Source: a virus. Taken from it: a stretch of DNA of 64,000 nucleotides. The position numbers were made by a program, and so were the translations under genes. The notes under the pieces are model-generated. The model saw only the letters and a program-made list of their open reading frames with translations. It had not been told where the DNA came from and did not search any database. The stretch lies in IMG/VR virus record IMGVR_UViG_3300035138_000081. One strand, 5' to 3'. This document shows, one piece after another, positions 1 through 8,925 of this stretch (positions are counted from its first letter, which is position 1; each line of letters opens with the position of its first letter).

Positions 1-51
1 ATTGACTCACATCTACCTTTAAGCATTTTACATTTTTACATCTATCACAAA

Positions 52-1455
52 TCATTTAACCCTCCATTGTTTCTGATCTTCTGATAATTCGTAACCGTTC
101 ATTTCAAATGCTTTTCTTTTTAAATTACAAGGACCGCAATTGTTACACGGTTGATCATAGTTTTCATAGCACGACCAAGAATGTTCAATTGGTGCACCAA
201 GTTCTAATCCTAACTTAACAATTTCATGTTTTACATAATTTCCAACTGGTTCTGCTACATAAATTGATTTACCTTCTGCAACTGCATTAGGTAAGAGTTC
301 ATTAAACTTTCTAATAAATTCTGGATCATTATCACTAAAGGCTCCTGCTTCTTCCATGTTATTACCTAATAAAATTGCATCATAATTAATACTTTCTGCA
401 TACGCTGTTGCCATTGATAAGAACACTAAGTTTCTAGCATAGCACCATTCTTTTGCAATTTCAATACCTTCTTCTCCTTGTGCAATCTTTGCATTTGGAT
501 CAGTTAATCTACTTCCCTTAGCGGTACTCTTCCAAAAGTCTGTTTCAATTATTTTGTAATCGCATTTTAATGCTTTTGCGATATTTTTAATTGCTTCCAA
601 TTCTTTTCTTTGTGCTCTACAATCATACGCAAAATGCAATAGCTTTATTTTATCATATGTTCTTTTTGCGTGTGTTGCAACAACTGTAGAATCTAAACCT
701 CCACTGCACACTACTAATGCTTTTTGTTGTTTAAGTGGTTTACGATATAAGAGATCGAATGTATTAAAAGTATTATAACCCGCAACTAATTCAACTCCTG
801 AATATGGTGATATTTTTTGAACTGCATATTTATTTAAATCGAAAGCTTCTTTTAAGGATGAGAAACCCCAGTTAGAATGAGAATCTTTTGCAACGTATAT
901 TGGTTTATAGTTACACATTAAGATTATCGATAGCGGATTAGTTAAATTTCCAATTGCTAAGCTATAACTTCCTTTTAAAGTACAATTTAAATATTCAATA
1001 ACTTCTGATGCTTCATAATATTCTGATGTACCGAATCTTTTATAAAGCAATTGAGGTATTATTGCGCTATCTATTTTTGTATCCATTTTAAGATCATATT
1101 CTTTTATAAGTTCTTTATCATTAGCTATTGTTCCATTATGCGCAACTACCCAATTTTCATATCTAAATGGTTGCACGTCTGTTAATTTTTTATTTGCTAC
1201 AAATTCTGTAGTAGGTTCTGCTCTAAAGTTTGTTATTATCCAACCACCACAAGTATCTGTAGAAAAATTTGTTGTACTTAAAATTGCTTCTTCAGTATCT
1301 AAAAGCTTTATTTCTACATTATTTCCTGATTTCATTTTTGCAGCTTTTACTAATCCAAAACTATCTCTTCCTCTTACTTTACCATACTTTGTAATTCTAG
1401 AAAGCATTTGAGGCATACAACCTGTTCTTGTTAATGTTCCTCCAATTGAGCACAT
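52..1455 (-). CDS. queC: Gat-QueC fusion: class-II glutamine amidotransferase + QueC-like 7-cyano-7-deazaguanine synthase
   Basis: Starts MCSIGG (Cys2 Ntn-amidotransferase nucleophile). C-terminal half has PP-loop VVCSGGLDSTV and Cys cluster SWSCY..CNNCGPC as in QueC. Confidence 0.8.
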   Translation of the reverse strand: MCSIGGTLTRTGCMPQMLSRITKYGKVRGRDSFGLVKAAKMKSGNNVEIKLLDTEEAILSTTNFSTDTCGGWIITNFRAEPTTEFVANKKLTDVQPFRYENWVVAHNGTIANDKELIKEYDLKMDTKIDSAIIPQLLYKRFGTSEYYEASEVIEYLNCTLKGSYSLAIGNLTNPLSIILMCNYKPIYVAKDSHSNWGFSSLKEAFDLNKYAVQKISPYSGVELVAGYNTFNTFDLLYRKPLKQQKALVVCSGGLDSTVVATHAKRTYDKIKLLHFAYDCRAQRKELEAIKNIAKALKCDYKIIETDFWKSTAKGSRLTDPNAKIAQGEEGIEIAKEWCYARNLVFLSMATAYAESINYDAILLGNNMEEAGAFSDNDPEFIRKFNELLPNAVAEGKSIYVAEPVGNYVKHEIVKLGLELGAPIEHSWSCYENYDQPCNNCGPCNLKRKAFEMNGYELSEDQKQWRVK

Positions 1456-2222
1456 TTTATATCACCTATCCAATCTTGTAAATATTTTATATTGGCTTTG
1501 CATAAGTTTGCAATTTGATTTGAAAGGCCGTCTATTGAAAAATAATCTGAAGGTCTGTGAGGATATTTCAAAAAGTTTTTATAATTTGCTATTGACATGT
1601 TATAAATACCATATACAATTGGCTTAGCACTATCTACTGAACTTACCCAATCAAAATTAGCTAATTGCACCGTATCACCTAAATTTTCTTCCATCCCTAG
1701 CATATGGTAATACTTCTCTTTTATATCTGGATTATTCAATTGAAGATAATTACAAAAATCTACTCTTCTACCTAATCCACTAACCTCACCAATTTCTTCA
1801 TAAATTCCAAAGCCACTTATTGCTGGCATTTTCATCATTGTATTGTAACAAAACATTATCTCAGTTAAATCACTCCCTTGAGGTACACCTATCAAATTTG
1901 CTGAAGATATTTTTGATACTTTCTCAATTGCTTTTTCAACTAAGTTTAAAGTTTTGGTTGCATCAAATCTTTTATCGGGTAAGATAAAGTGTTGTGGATT
2001 TAACTCTTTTAAGATGGGTGTTAATTTCTTTAGAGGCAATGATTCCCCTAATTCAAAAGCACCATTATCTAAAATAATAGTATCTCCTTTTTCTTTACGA
2101 TCTAAATAAAATTTGCGATATGTATCATTTAACAAATAGATGTGCGCTAATACCATGTGGGTATCAGATAATGTTGCAAATTCATTTAAATATGGCACTG
2201 GACTTATAGTTGCAACTTTCAT
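1431..2222 (-). CDS. dpdA: DpdA-like guanine transglycosylase (TGT superfamily)
   Basis: 263 aa. LDNGAFE resembles the TGT/DpdA catalytic DSGGFQ loop. Embedded in the folE-queD-queE-queC cluster, as in phage deazaguanine islands. Confidence 0.5.
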   Translation of the reverse strand: MKVATISPVPYLNEFATLSDTHMVLAHIYLLNDTYRKFYLDRKEKGDTIILDNGAFELGESLPLKKLTPILKELNPQHFILPDKRFDATKTLNLVEKAIEKVSKISSANLIGVPQGSDLTEIMFCYNTMMKMPAISGFGIYEEIGEVSGLGRRVDFCNYLQLNNPDIKEKYYHMLGMEENLGDTVQLANFDWVSSVDSAKPIVYGIYNMSIANYKNFLKYPHRPSDYFSIDGLSNQIANLCKANIKYLQDWIGDIKCAQLEEH

Positions 2223-2623
2223 TATTTTATCTCCTTTTCAATATCATTTACTTCTTTATTATTTGCAAAATGCACTTCAAAATGAGTTGCAAATGCTAAA
2301 TTAGTTAATGCAGCTGCAAGATGATCTTCAGAATTCTCGCCTGCAGAATATGCATATAAATGTCTCATTGCAGCATCTACACATTCAGAAATTGGAAAAC
2401 CTTTCTTCCAATTATCTTTTCCATATTTTGGAATGCTTTCTTCAATTCTATCTGCGATACGTTCAAGTGCCGCTAGAGGAACTAAAGACAATTTTGATTT
2501 CCCTTGTACTTCTTTCTTGCCACCAGTTGAATATGTTTTAGCATTTGTTGCAGGTGCTACTTTATTTCTAGTTTTTGCTGCATTGTACCAATCTTTATCT
2601 TGCACTTTTAATTCTTCTCCCAT
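2222..2623 (-). CDS. dATP/dGTP diphosphohydrolase-like protein (DUF5664-type)
   Basis: GKSKLSLVPLAALERIA..KYGKDNWKKG..RHLYAY..DHLAAALTNLAF matches the remembered GK-x-L-P..KYG-x-NW-x-G..RH..HLAHA..NL pattern. Start moved to ATG 2623, which follows an AAAGGAAG RBS. Confidence 0.55.
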   Translation of the reverse strand: MGEELKVQDKDWYNAAKTRNKVAPATNAKTYSTGGKKEVQGKSKLSLVPLAALERIADRIEESIPKYGKDNWKKGFPISECVDAAMRHLYAYSAGENSEDHLAAALTNLAFATHFEVHFANNKEVNDIEKEIK

Positions 2624-2655
2624 TTTATAACTTCCTTTCAATAATTTATATTTAT

Positions 2656-2684
2656 ATTATATAATAAATTTTAATAAAAATAAA
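2656..2684 (-). promoter_or_regulatory. sigma-A/sigma-70-like promoter
   Basis: On the minus strand: TTTATT, 17 nt, TATAAT. Upstream of the 2623 gene. Confidence 0.5.
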
Positions 2685-2710
2685 GGTTTTTTAATAAAAA
2701 AAAATTATAA

Positions 2711-3265
2711 TTATTCTGATACAAGGTACGCTTCTTTTTTTAATTTGAAAAAAATATCATATGTCTTTGCTGTGTTCTGAGTTTGGGTAATTATTTCCTT
2801 TAGCGGCAATTGTTGTATTAGCAAATTTCTTAAAATGTTAAAGGATTCAAGTTGTTCTTTTGAAAGATCAGTTTGAATATTCGCCATCATTCTAATTTCT
2901 AAATCTGCAGGAAATGTACATTTACATATTCTACTTAATTCATGTACGTTATACCCATGTTCAATAATATCAAAAATATTTCCAAGTTCAATAAAATTAG
3001 TAGGGTTCCATCTATGCTGTTGTAAATTTTCAATTGGGTAAAAGTCTAAATAATAAGTTCCATCAGCACCTTCAGATATTCCAAATTTAAAATCATCTAA
3101 AGTTAAGAGAGAATACTTTGGTATTCTCTCCATATCTTTTGTTAGCGAAATTCTATTTCTATTAAGAGTAGCAATAGCATTATCTAAATTATCAAATATC
3201 TCTTTTGGAACTTGCAAAGTTTTTCTATTCCCTACCATTTCTAAACCAAACATCATTTCGCTCAT
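2711..3265 (-). CDS. hypothetical protein inside the deazaguanine cluster
   Basis: 184-aa ORF, co-directional and tightly packed between the folE and DUF5664-like genes. Confidence 0.6.
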   Translation of the reverse strand: MSEMMFGLEMVGNRKTLQVPKEIFDNLDNAIATLNRNRISLTKDMERIPKYSLLTLDDFKFGISEGADGTYYLDFYPIENLQQHRWNPTNFIELGNIFDIIEHGYNVHELSRICKCTFPADLEIRMMANIQTDLSKEQLESFNILRNLLIQQLPLKEIITQTQNTAKTYDIFFKLKKEAYLVSE

Positions 3266-3274
3266 AAGTTTCTC

Positions 3275-3841
3275 CTATTTACCTATCTTTAAGGCATTAA
3301 AAAATTCATTCTTTAAAGTATCTTGTTCTAAGAAATAGCCTGTTACATGTGAAGTAATTGTCTTGCTTCCAGGTTTTTGAACACCTCTCATTGTCATGCA
3401 TAAGTGTTCGGCTTCCATCACGACAATGCAACCCTTACAATCTAGATTATCTTGAATACAATTTGCAATTTGAGATGTCAAACGCTCTTGTATTTGCAAC
3501 CTTCTTGCAAAGGCTTCAGTTACTCTTGCAAACTTACTCAATCCAGCTACATAAGTTCTTGGTAAGTAACCTATATGACATACTCCAAAGAAAGGAACCA
3601 TGTGGTGTTCACAATGAGAATAAAATGGAATATCTTTTACAATAACTAGTTGATCACATTTTTCTGCATCAAATTTTCTTTTAAGAAATTTTGCAGGATC
3701 TTGCTCGTATCCTGCAAAGATTTCTTTATACATTCTTGCAACTCTATTTGGAGTATCTCTAAGACCTTCTCTCAAATATTCACTTGGTTCTATTTCTGAA
3801 AGCAATACGGTTACTGCTCTTTCAATTTGTGATTCATTCAT
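3275..3841 (-). CDS. folE: GTP cyclohydrolase I
   Basis: 188 aa with FYSHCEHHMVPFFG active-site motif. Confidence 0.9.
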   Translation of the reverse strand: MNESQIERAVTVLLSEIEPSEYLREGLRDTPNRVARMYKEIFAGYEQDPAKFLKRKFDAEKCDQLVIVKDIPFYSHCEHHMVPFFGVCHIGYLPRTYVAGLSKFARVTEAFARRLQIQERLTSQIANCIQDNLDCKGCIVVMEAEHLCMTMRGVQKPGSKTITSHVTGYFLEQDTLKNEFFNALKIGK

Positions 3842-3852
3842 GGTTTTTTCTC

Positions 3853-4449
3853 CTATTCTAAATTTAAATATGTATGTGCTTGTAAACCTAATCTTAATCT
3901 TGAATCTCTTTCAATAAATTCGAGTGCTTTTTGCAAACTATTTGCGGGATCTTTTGCATTGATTTGGAGAAAACAATTCCCTAGCGGTACCTTATCAACT
4001 TGAATGTTAGTATAATCAAGTTCATCATCCACAACATATTTAAGTTCAAAAGGTATGCACTCTTTATGTATTTGCCAATCATTTAAAGGTTTTGGAGATA
4101 CAGTTACCCAATCTAAACCTTCAATTTCAGATGTTGCGCTTGTTCCATTTGTTTCAAGTGCAATAAACATTTTTGATTTGTTTAAACCTACATATTCTTT
4201 GATTGCATTTAGTAAATAGCTTAAATCATATAAGGTAGGTTCTCCACCAGTAATTACAGTTAATGCACAATTGAAATCTAATTGCTGTATAATGTCTATT
4301 GAGCGCATTGTTTTCTTTACCTCATGATCAGTATCACACCATTTACAATTCAAGTTACAGCCAGCTAGTCTAATAAAATTAGCTAGCTTACCTGTATGAA
4401 TTCCTTCACCTTGAATTGATTTAAAAATTTCTACTACATTATAATTCAT
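3853..4449 (-). CDS. queE: 7-carboxy-7-deazaguanine synthase (radical SAM)
   Basis: CNLNCKWCDT cluster motif and ITGGEPTL. Start set to ATG 4449, which follows a GGAAGGGA RBS. Confidence 0.85.
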   Translation of the reverse strand: MNYNVVEIFKSIQGEGIHTGKLANFIRLAGCNLNCKWCDTDHEVKKTMRSIDIIQQLDFNCALTVITGGEPTLYDLSYLLNAIKEYVGLNKSKMFIALETNGTSATSEIEGLDWVTVSPKPLNDWQIHKECIPFELKYVVDDELDYTNIQVDKVPLGNCFLQINAKDPANSLQKALEFIERDSRLRLGLQAHTYLNLE

Positions 4450-4765
4450 GTATGTCATCCCTTCCTGAATAGCTTGCACCAATTGTTTGAATCATTTCAA
4501 AAATTACGTGCTTAGCATTTTGTTCTATCCACCTGCGATATTTCATCATGTCATCTTTGTTGTTTCTTTTTACTGCATCCCAGTATTCTTCAAATGCTAC
4601 AAATACTTTATCAAGTTCTGCTTGGGTTTCTTCAAGTTCACCTTTTATAATAGCATATCTTTCAAGGTCATTTTTTATATGACCCCATTTAGCAATTCCT
4701 GCATTTGTTTCTGACTTAACCGCATCCCGTAATGCTCTCATTAATTGCTTATCATCTACGTACAT
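4439..4765 (-). CDS. hypothetical all-alpha protein, possibly MazG-like
   Basis: Start moved to ATG 4765 (GGAGG RBS) because the track start overlaps the promoter. The IKGELEETQAELD acidic helix is only weakly MazG-like. Confidence 0.5.
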   Translation of the reverse strand: MYVDDKQLMRALRDAVKSETNAGIAKWGHIKNDLERYAIIKGELEETQAELDKVFVAFEEYWDAVKRNNKDDMMKYRRWIEQNAKHVIFEMIQTIGASYSGRDDIHEL

Positions 4766-4805
4766 AATACTACCTCCAAAAAGTTTTAAATATTTTATTA
4801 AATAT

Positions 4806-4834
4806 ATTATATGATAAAACTTTAAAAAAATCAA
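4806..4834 (-). promoter_or_regulatory. sigma-A/sigma-70-like promoter
   Basis: Minus strand: TTGATT, 17 nt, TATAAT. Confidence 0.6.
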
Positions 4835-4863
4835 TAGATTTATATTAAAAAATTATTAAAATT

Positions 4864-5307
4864 TTAATATACTACAGTTGCATAGCTGTATGGTGATTCC
4901 CAAAGTCTAATTCTTGAAAGATGTATTCTTTCACCATCAAATGCGTTTATTTTATCTTCTAAAATACTTCCCATTACCATTGCTAAATTTTCTGTTGTAG
5001 TATTTGAAGAGCATAAGGCAAGTTTCATGCCCGCTTGCTGCGAATTCTGAAGTAGTTGTAGGTCTATTGCATCACCATGAGTATTTACTACCATTGAGTG
5101 ATCAAACCCTTTAACAATATTGTCATTTACCATTACTTTCAACTTTCGAAAATCAATTACCATTCCATCTTTATCAAGTTTATTTGCTGCAATAGTTACT
5201 TCTAATTTATAAGTATGTCCATGTAAATTCTTGCAAGGACCATCATAATTAGTTAACCTATGTGCCATTGGAATATTAAACTGCCTAGTTACTCTTACTT
5301 CTTTCAT
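4864..5307 (-). CDS. queD: 6-carboxy-5,6,7,8-tetrahydropterin synthase
   Basis: PMAHRL..CKNLHGHTYKLEV motifs. Start set to ATG 5307, which follows an AAGGAGG RBS. Confidence 0.85.
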   Translation of the reverse strand: MKEVRVTRQFNIPMAHRLTNYDGPCKNLHGHTYKLEVTIAANKLDKDGMVIDFRKLKVMVNDNIVKGFDHSMVVNTHGDAIDLQLLQNSQQAGMKLALCSSNTTTENLAMVMGSILEDKINAFDGERIHLSRIRLWESPYSYATVVY

Positions 5308-5387
5308 CTTTATTTCCTCCTTGTTTGTTTTCATTTTTTGATGTACTAAAAGCCTTTTGAATTTCTTGTTGTAATTCAGCAAAGATA

Positions 5388-8168
5388 CTATTTACTTTGC
5401 TCTTTGGACTGCTGGTCATCGTATTCCACCTCTATCTCTTTTAAGATTTGAATAAACCTAGGCGATTTATGATAGAACCCGGGTTTTGCTTTGTTTTCAA
5501 TCAACATATGATTAATAACTAGCATTCTAAAAAGTTCTGCTAAAAGATTTGGTTCAATAACTTTAGTTGCTTCAAGAGAACTATAAGTTATTACACTTGA
5601 TGCAAATATAGGTAATACATCTATATTTAAAATCTTCTTAACATCTTCAACCTTATCAGCTGCAACTCTTTTTGCTTTAAGTTTTGTTTTGCTATAGCCT
5701 GCATAATCAAAAGATCGCTTGCTATAAATTTCATCTAAAAAATCTTTTGCAAATTCAACGTGTTCAGAAGTTACAATAACTTCCTCACCAGTTTTTGTAC
5801 TAAAAAGTCTACAAGCAGCTGCTACTGCAATTTTAAGCAATTTAAACCTTTGGTTGGCTCCTTCTACTAGCGGTATTTCTGCCGAATAAAAATTGCCTTG
5901 TTCAACAGCATATTTTAAAAGCAATTGTTCAGCATCTTTATCTATTTGAATATTTTTTGACGTTCGACTCCAAGCCCAAAGAATTAATTTAGAACATAAT
6001 TTTGCAGAATATTTTAAGTTACAAAAAGAATCTTTTACTCTTGCGGCATTAATTTCTTCTAAAGAAATATCATCCTTAGAAGTTGCAATTGCAAAATCAA
6101 ATCTTGCAATATCTTCTGGTTGACCTATTAATGAAGGTACTGTAAGTACGCCGTATGTTTCATTACTTAAACCGCCATATCTTGGATTTGATATCCAAAT
6201 AAGTCTTGTACGTGCATACGTTCGTTCAGTATGTATTTTTACAATTTCGGCTACTCCTCTTGATCTAATATCTGACATTTTAGAAATCTCATCAGTAGAT
6301 AAACCACTTGCCTCATCTATTATAAATATTCTAGTATCATTTAAAGGTATCTTGCCCCAAGTAATCATCCAGCGTCTATCATTTTGTTGCATTCCTCCAA
6401 CTAATCCGCTAAAGGAAGTATTCTCAGCTGTTGACATTTCGCCTAGTTTAAAATACTCAAGCATTTTAGCAACAGTTTCTGATTTACCTGTTCTAGTATC
6501 TCCAATTACGAGCATCTCAAGCCAAGGTTTTTGAACTTTATAACCCTGAAATTTTAAATCTAGAACAGAATGATATGTTAAGTCAATGCCTGTAAGCAAA
6601 TCTCTTCTGCCAATAATTGCGGTTATTTTTTCAAACTCTTCATGAATATCATCAAATTTTTCTTTAACTGAAAGTTCCCCTTTCTGAAAAACTTTAAGAC
6701 TATCAAACAATTTTGAAGACATTTTAAAACTTCGAATATCATCTTGTAACGCCTTTGCTTTTTCTAATACAAAAGTTGTTTTTTGATTCCAAGGTTCTGC
6801 ACAAAGCTTTCCTGTAAATTGATAAGATTTATTTGCGGATACTCTATCTTCATTTGCATAAAATGCGAGTTGTATCATATACTTGGAAAAGAAATCACCT
6901 ACTTCTGGTGCTAGCAGAAGCTCTTCTACATTAGTATATTTAATTACTTTGAAAGAGCATCTTCTACATTTTCTAGGTATTCCACCCATTTGATATATTC
7001 TTTGAACTTTTGTAGTGTTTGGAATACGTATAAATTCCAAAAATTCATCACTTTTAAAAACCTTTGAAGAAACTTCAGCTGTGTTATTTGGGCATTTATT
7101 GCAATATTCAGGACGATCTTCTTCATTCTGCTCACAAGTATATTCAACTTCTTTTGGTACTATATAAGGGCTTTCATCTTTACCAACTACTCTAGCGGGA
7201 TAGCTTATTATATCTTCGTGATTTTCAATTTGAGTAGCAGAATATAAATCATTGACCATTTTAACATCTGTTTGAGAAGTGTCATCTACCTCTAAATCTT
7301 CAAGTTTTACAAATCTTGCTTTACTTATTAAAACATTAAATTCTTCTATTGTATGATCTTCCGTGAAGAAATCTGTAATATCCATTCCAGCTTCGGGTAA
7401 TTGAATTATTTTAACATCTTTACCACTTTTGAGTAATCTTAACGCAACTTTTTCTGCATTTGTTTGACCTGCTTTATCCATATCATAGCAAATATATACT
7501 GTATCGCTTAATAGATCATGCCATTCTGATTTCCAAGTACCTGCACCACCAGTATTAGAAATGCTATTTAATCCAAAAGTTCTTAATAATAAAGCATCCC
7601 ATTCACCTTCACACAGATACGTAATTGAATCTTTTTGAAACAAATTCAAAGGATATAGTCTTGCGGACCCACATCCTTTAACATTTAGCATTTTAGGTAT
7701 CTTATTTGGACTATACTTTCTAAGATTAACACATAATCCCATCTTAGTAAAAATAGGGATAATGTATCTTTGAGTATGCATATCCCAACCAATATTGTGA
7801 TGTTTAATCGTTTGTTCAGAAAGCAATCTTTCTTCTAATAAATAACTATAGTGCTCTTGTTTTAAATTAGATTGATATTCACAAACATCTTCATAACTTA
7901 TTGATGGCGGTAAGGTATCACTTTTAAGATATTTTTTTAAAATTGCATTGGCTAATTTAAAGCTAACTTCATGAAATAGCATTATCCAACTAATTATATC
8001 CCCACAAAAATCTTCATCTCCAAAATCTTTATAATTTCCAGTTTGCAAATTAATACATAATGAAGGGCTTGAATCATTCCTAGTAAGTGCACTTACTCTA
8101 ATTTCACCATCTTCACTTGGTGTTGGGAGATCGCCAAGATAATATTCAAAAAATTTAGAAAACTTCAT
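5388..8168 (-). CDS. DNA primase-helicase (TOPRIM + P-loop NTPase)
   Basis: TOPRIM-like YLCEGEWDALLL and YICYDMDKAG. Walker A GDTRTGKSE and Walker B IFIIDEASG. Confidence 0.75.
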   Translation of the reverse strand: MKFSKFFEYYLGDLPTPSEDGEIRVSALTRNDSSPSLCINLQTGNYKDFGDEDFCGDIISWIMLFHEVSFKLANAILKKYLKSDTLPPSISYEDVCEYQSNLKQEHYSYLLEERLLSEQTIKHHNIGWDMHTQRYIIPIFTKMGLCVNLRKYSPNKIPKMLNVKGCGSARLYPLNLFQKDSITYLCEGEWDALLLRTFGLNSISNTGGAGTWKSEWHDLLSDTVYICYDMDKAGQTNAEKVALRLLKSGKDVKIIQLPEAGMDITDFFTEDHTIEEFNVLISKARFVKLEDLEVDDTSQTDVKMVNDLYSATQIENHEDIISYPARVVGKDESPYIVPKEVEYTCEQNEEDRPEYCNKCPNNTAEVSSKVFKSDEFLEFIRIPNTTKVQRIYQMGGIPRKCRRCSFKVIKYTNVEELLLAPEVGDFFSKYMIQLAFYANEDRVSANKSYQFTGKLCAEPWNQKTTFVLEKAKALQDDIRSFKMSSKLFDSLKVFQKGELSVKEKFDDIHEEFEKITAIIGRRDLLTGIDLTYHSVLDLKFQGYKVQKPWLEMLVIGDTRTGKSETVAKMLEYFKLGEMSTAENTSFSGLVGGMQQNDRRWMITWGKIPLNDTRIFIIDEASGLSTDEISKMSDIRSRGVAEIVKIHTERTYARTRLIWISNPRYGGLSNETYGVLTVPSLIGQPEDIARFDFAIATSKDDISLEEINAARVKDSFCNLKYSAKLCSKLILWAWSRTSKNIQIDKDAEQLLLKYAVEQGNFYSAEIPLVEGANQRFKLLKIAVAAACRLFSTKTGEEVIVTSEHVEFAKDFLDEIYSKRSFDYAGYSKTKLKAKRVAADKVEDVKKILNIDVLPIFASSVITYSSLEATKVIEPNLLAELFRMLVINHMLIENKAKPGFYHKSPRFIQILKEIEVEYDDQQSKEQSK

Positions 8169-8183
8169 GTACTATCACTCCCA

Positions 8184-8369
8184 CTATTCTTCATCATTTG
8201 CTATATTTATATCATATTTATAACCTTCACCATTCCAATAATTTAATGCACCATGTCTAATTACTGCACTAAAAGATCTGCCAGTTTCTTCTGCGATCTT
8301 TTCAAAAAAAGTCTTTTGTGCAGATGACATGCTTAAGCTTATCATTTCTGTCAATCTCTCTCTTGCCAT
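8184..8369 (-). CDS. small ribbon-helix-helix-like protein
   Basis: 61 aa. The SFSAVIRHGALNYW segment resembles RHH/CopG-type helices. Confidence 0.4.
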   Translation of the reverse strand: MARERLTEMISLSMSSAQKTFFEKIAEETGRSFSAVIRHGALNYWNGEGYKYDINIANDEE

Positions 8370-8424
8370 TATTTACACCTCCATTATAGTATTTGGAGAG
8401 CCAAAGCTCTCCATTTATTATGCC

Positions 8425-8838
8425 CTATTTAAATAAATCTAATTGCTCTTGTTTGTCACCATTCAGTAAAGATTTTACTGAAGAATTTGTTTTGTTATTA
8501 TATACTTGATGTTCTACTTGTGCAACTGCACAAGCACCAATAAATTCATCTGGTTCAAAATTAAACTCACCTGAAAGGCTTTCTTCATCAATTCCTAAAG
8601 CAATTAAGAATTCTTTTAATTTCCAAAGTGCATTGTCTTTTAGAGATGTGCAAGCCCACAATTTTCTACCATTATACTTTGTTTCAATTTCTGGATCATC
8701 AGAACCAATTATTGTAAACTGCCAATTATAATAATTTTTATCTTCTCTGTACTCAATTTTTTCAACCTCTACATCATAGGTTCCTTCTGGAACTATTGCA
8801 CTGTTATCCTCTACTTTACTAAAATCAATTGCGCTCAT
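8425..8838 (-). CDS. DUF669 family protein (Sak3-like ssDNA-binding)
   Basis: VPEGTYDVEVEKIEY..GRKLW..LKEFLIALGI pattern typical of DUF669. Sits next to the AAA_24 ATPase. Confidence 0.65.
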   Translation of the reverse strand: MSAIDFSKVEDNSAIVPEGTYDVEVEKIEYREDKNYYNWQFTIIGSDDPEIETKYNGRKLWACTSLKDNALWKLKEFLIALGIDEESLSGEFNFEPDEFIGACAVAQVEHQVYNNKTNSSVKSLLNGDKQEQLDLFK

Positions 8839-8872
8839 ATTAATATCATCCTCTCATTTATTTTATAATTAT

Positions 8873-8901
8873 ATTATATATTAATTTTTAATAAAAATCA
8901 A
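8873..8901 (-). promoter_or_regulatory. sigma-A/sigma-70-like promoter
   Basis: Minus strand: TTGATT, 17 nt, TATAAT. Confidence 0.6.
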
Positions 8902-8925
8902 TGGTTTTTTATAAAAAATTTCCTA

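Noticed and set aside
931-936. Extra TAGCGG hexamers at 931, 26586 and 34426 (GATAGCGG context), and CCGCTA at 34150, 45208, 48799 and 52211
   Set aside because: They lack the upstream pyrimidine tract, and a few such hexamers are expected by chance. They are not counted among the 43 sites.
2308-2630. Plus-strand ORFs 2308..2541 and 2433..2630, antisense to the diphosphohydrolase-like gene
   Set aside because: They are fully embedded antisense to a motif-bearing gene, have no RBS and have odd composition. The same reasoning applies to 3358..3645, 4487..4714, 6352..6534, 9604..9795, 10215..10415, 11521..11847, 14178..14393, 14727..15047, 15587..15868, 18859..19065 and 19956..20144.
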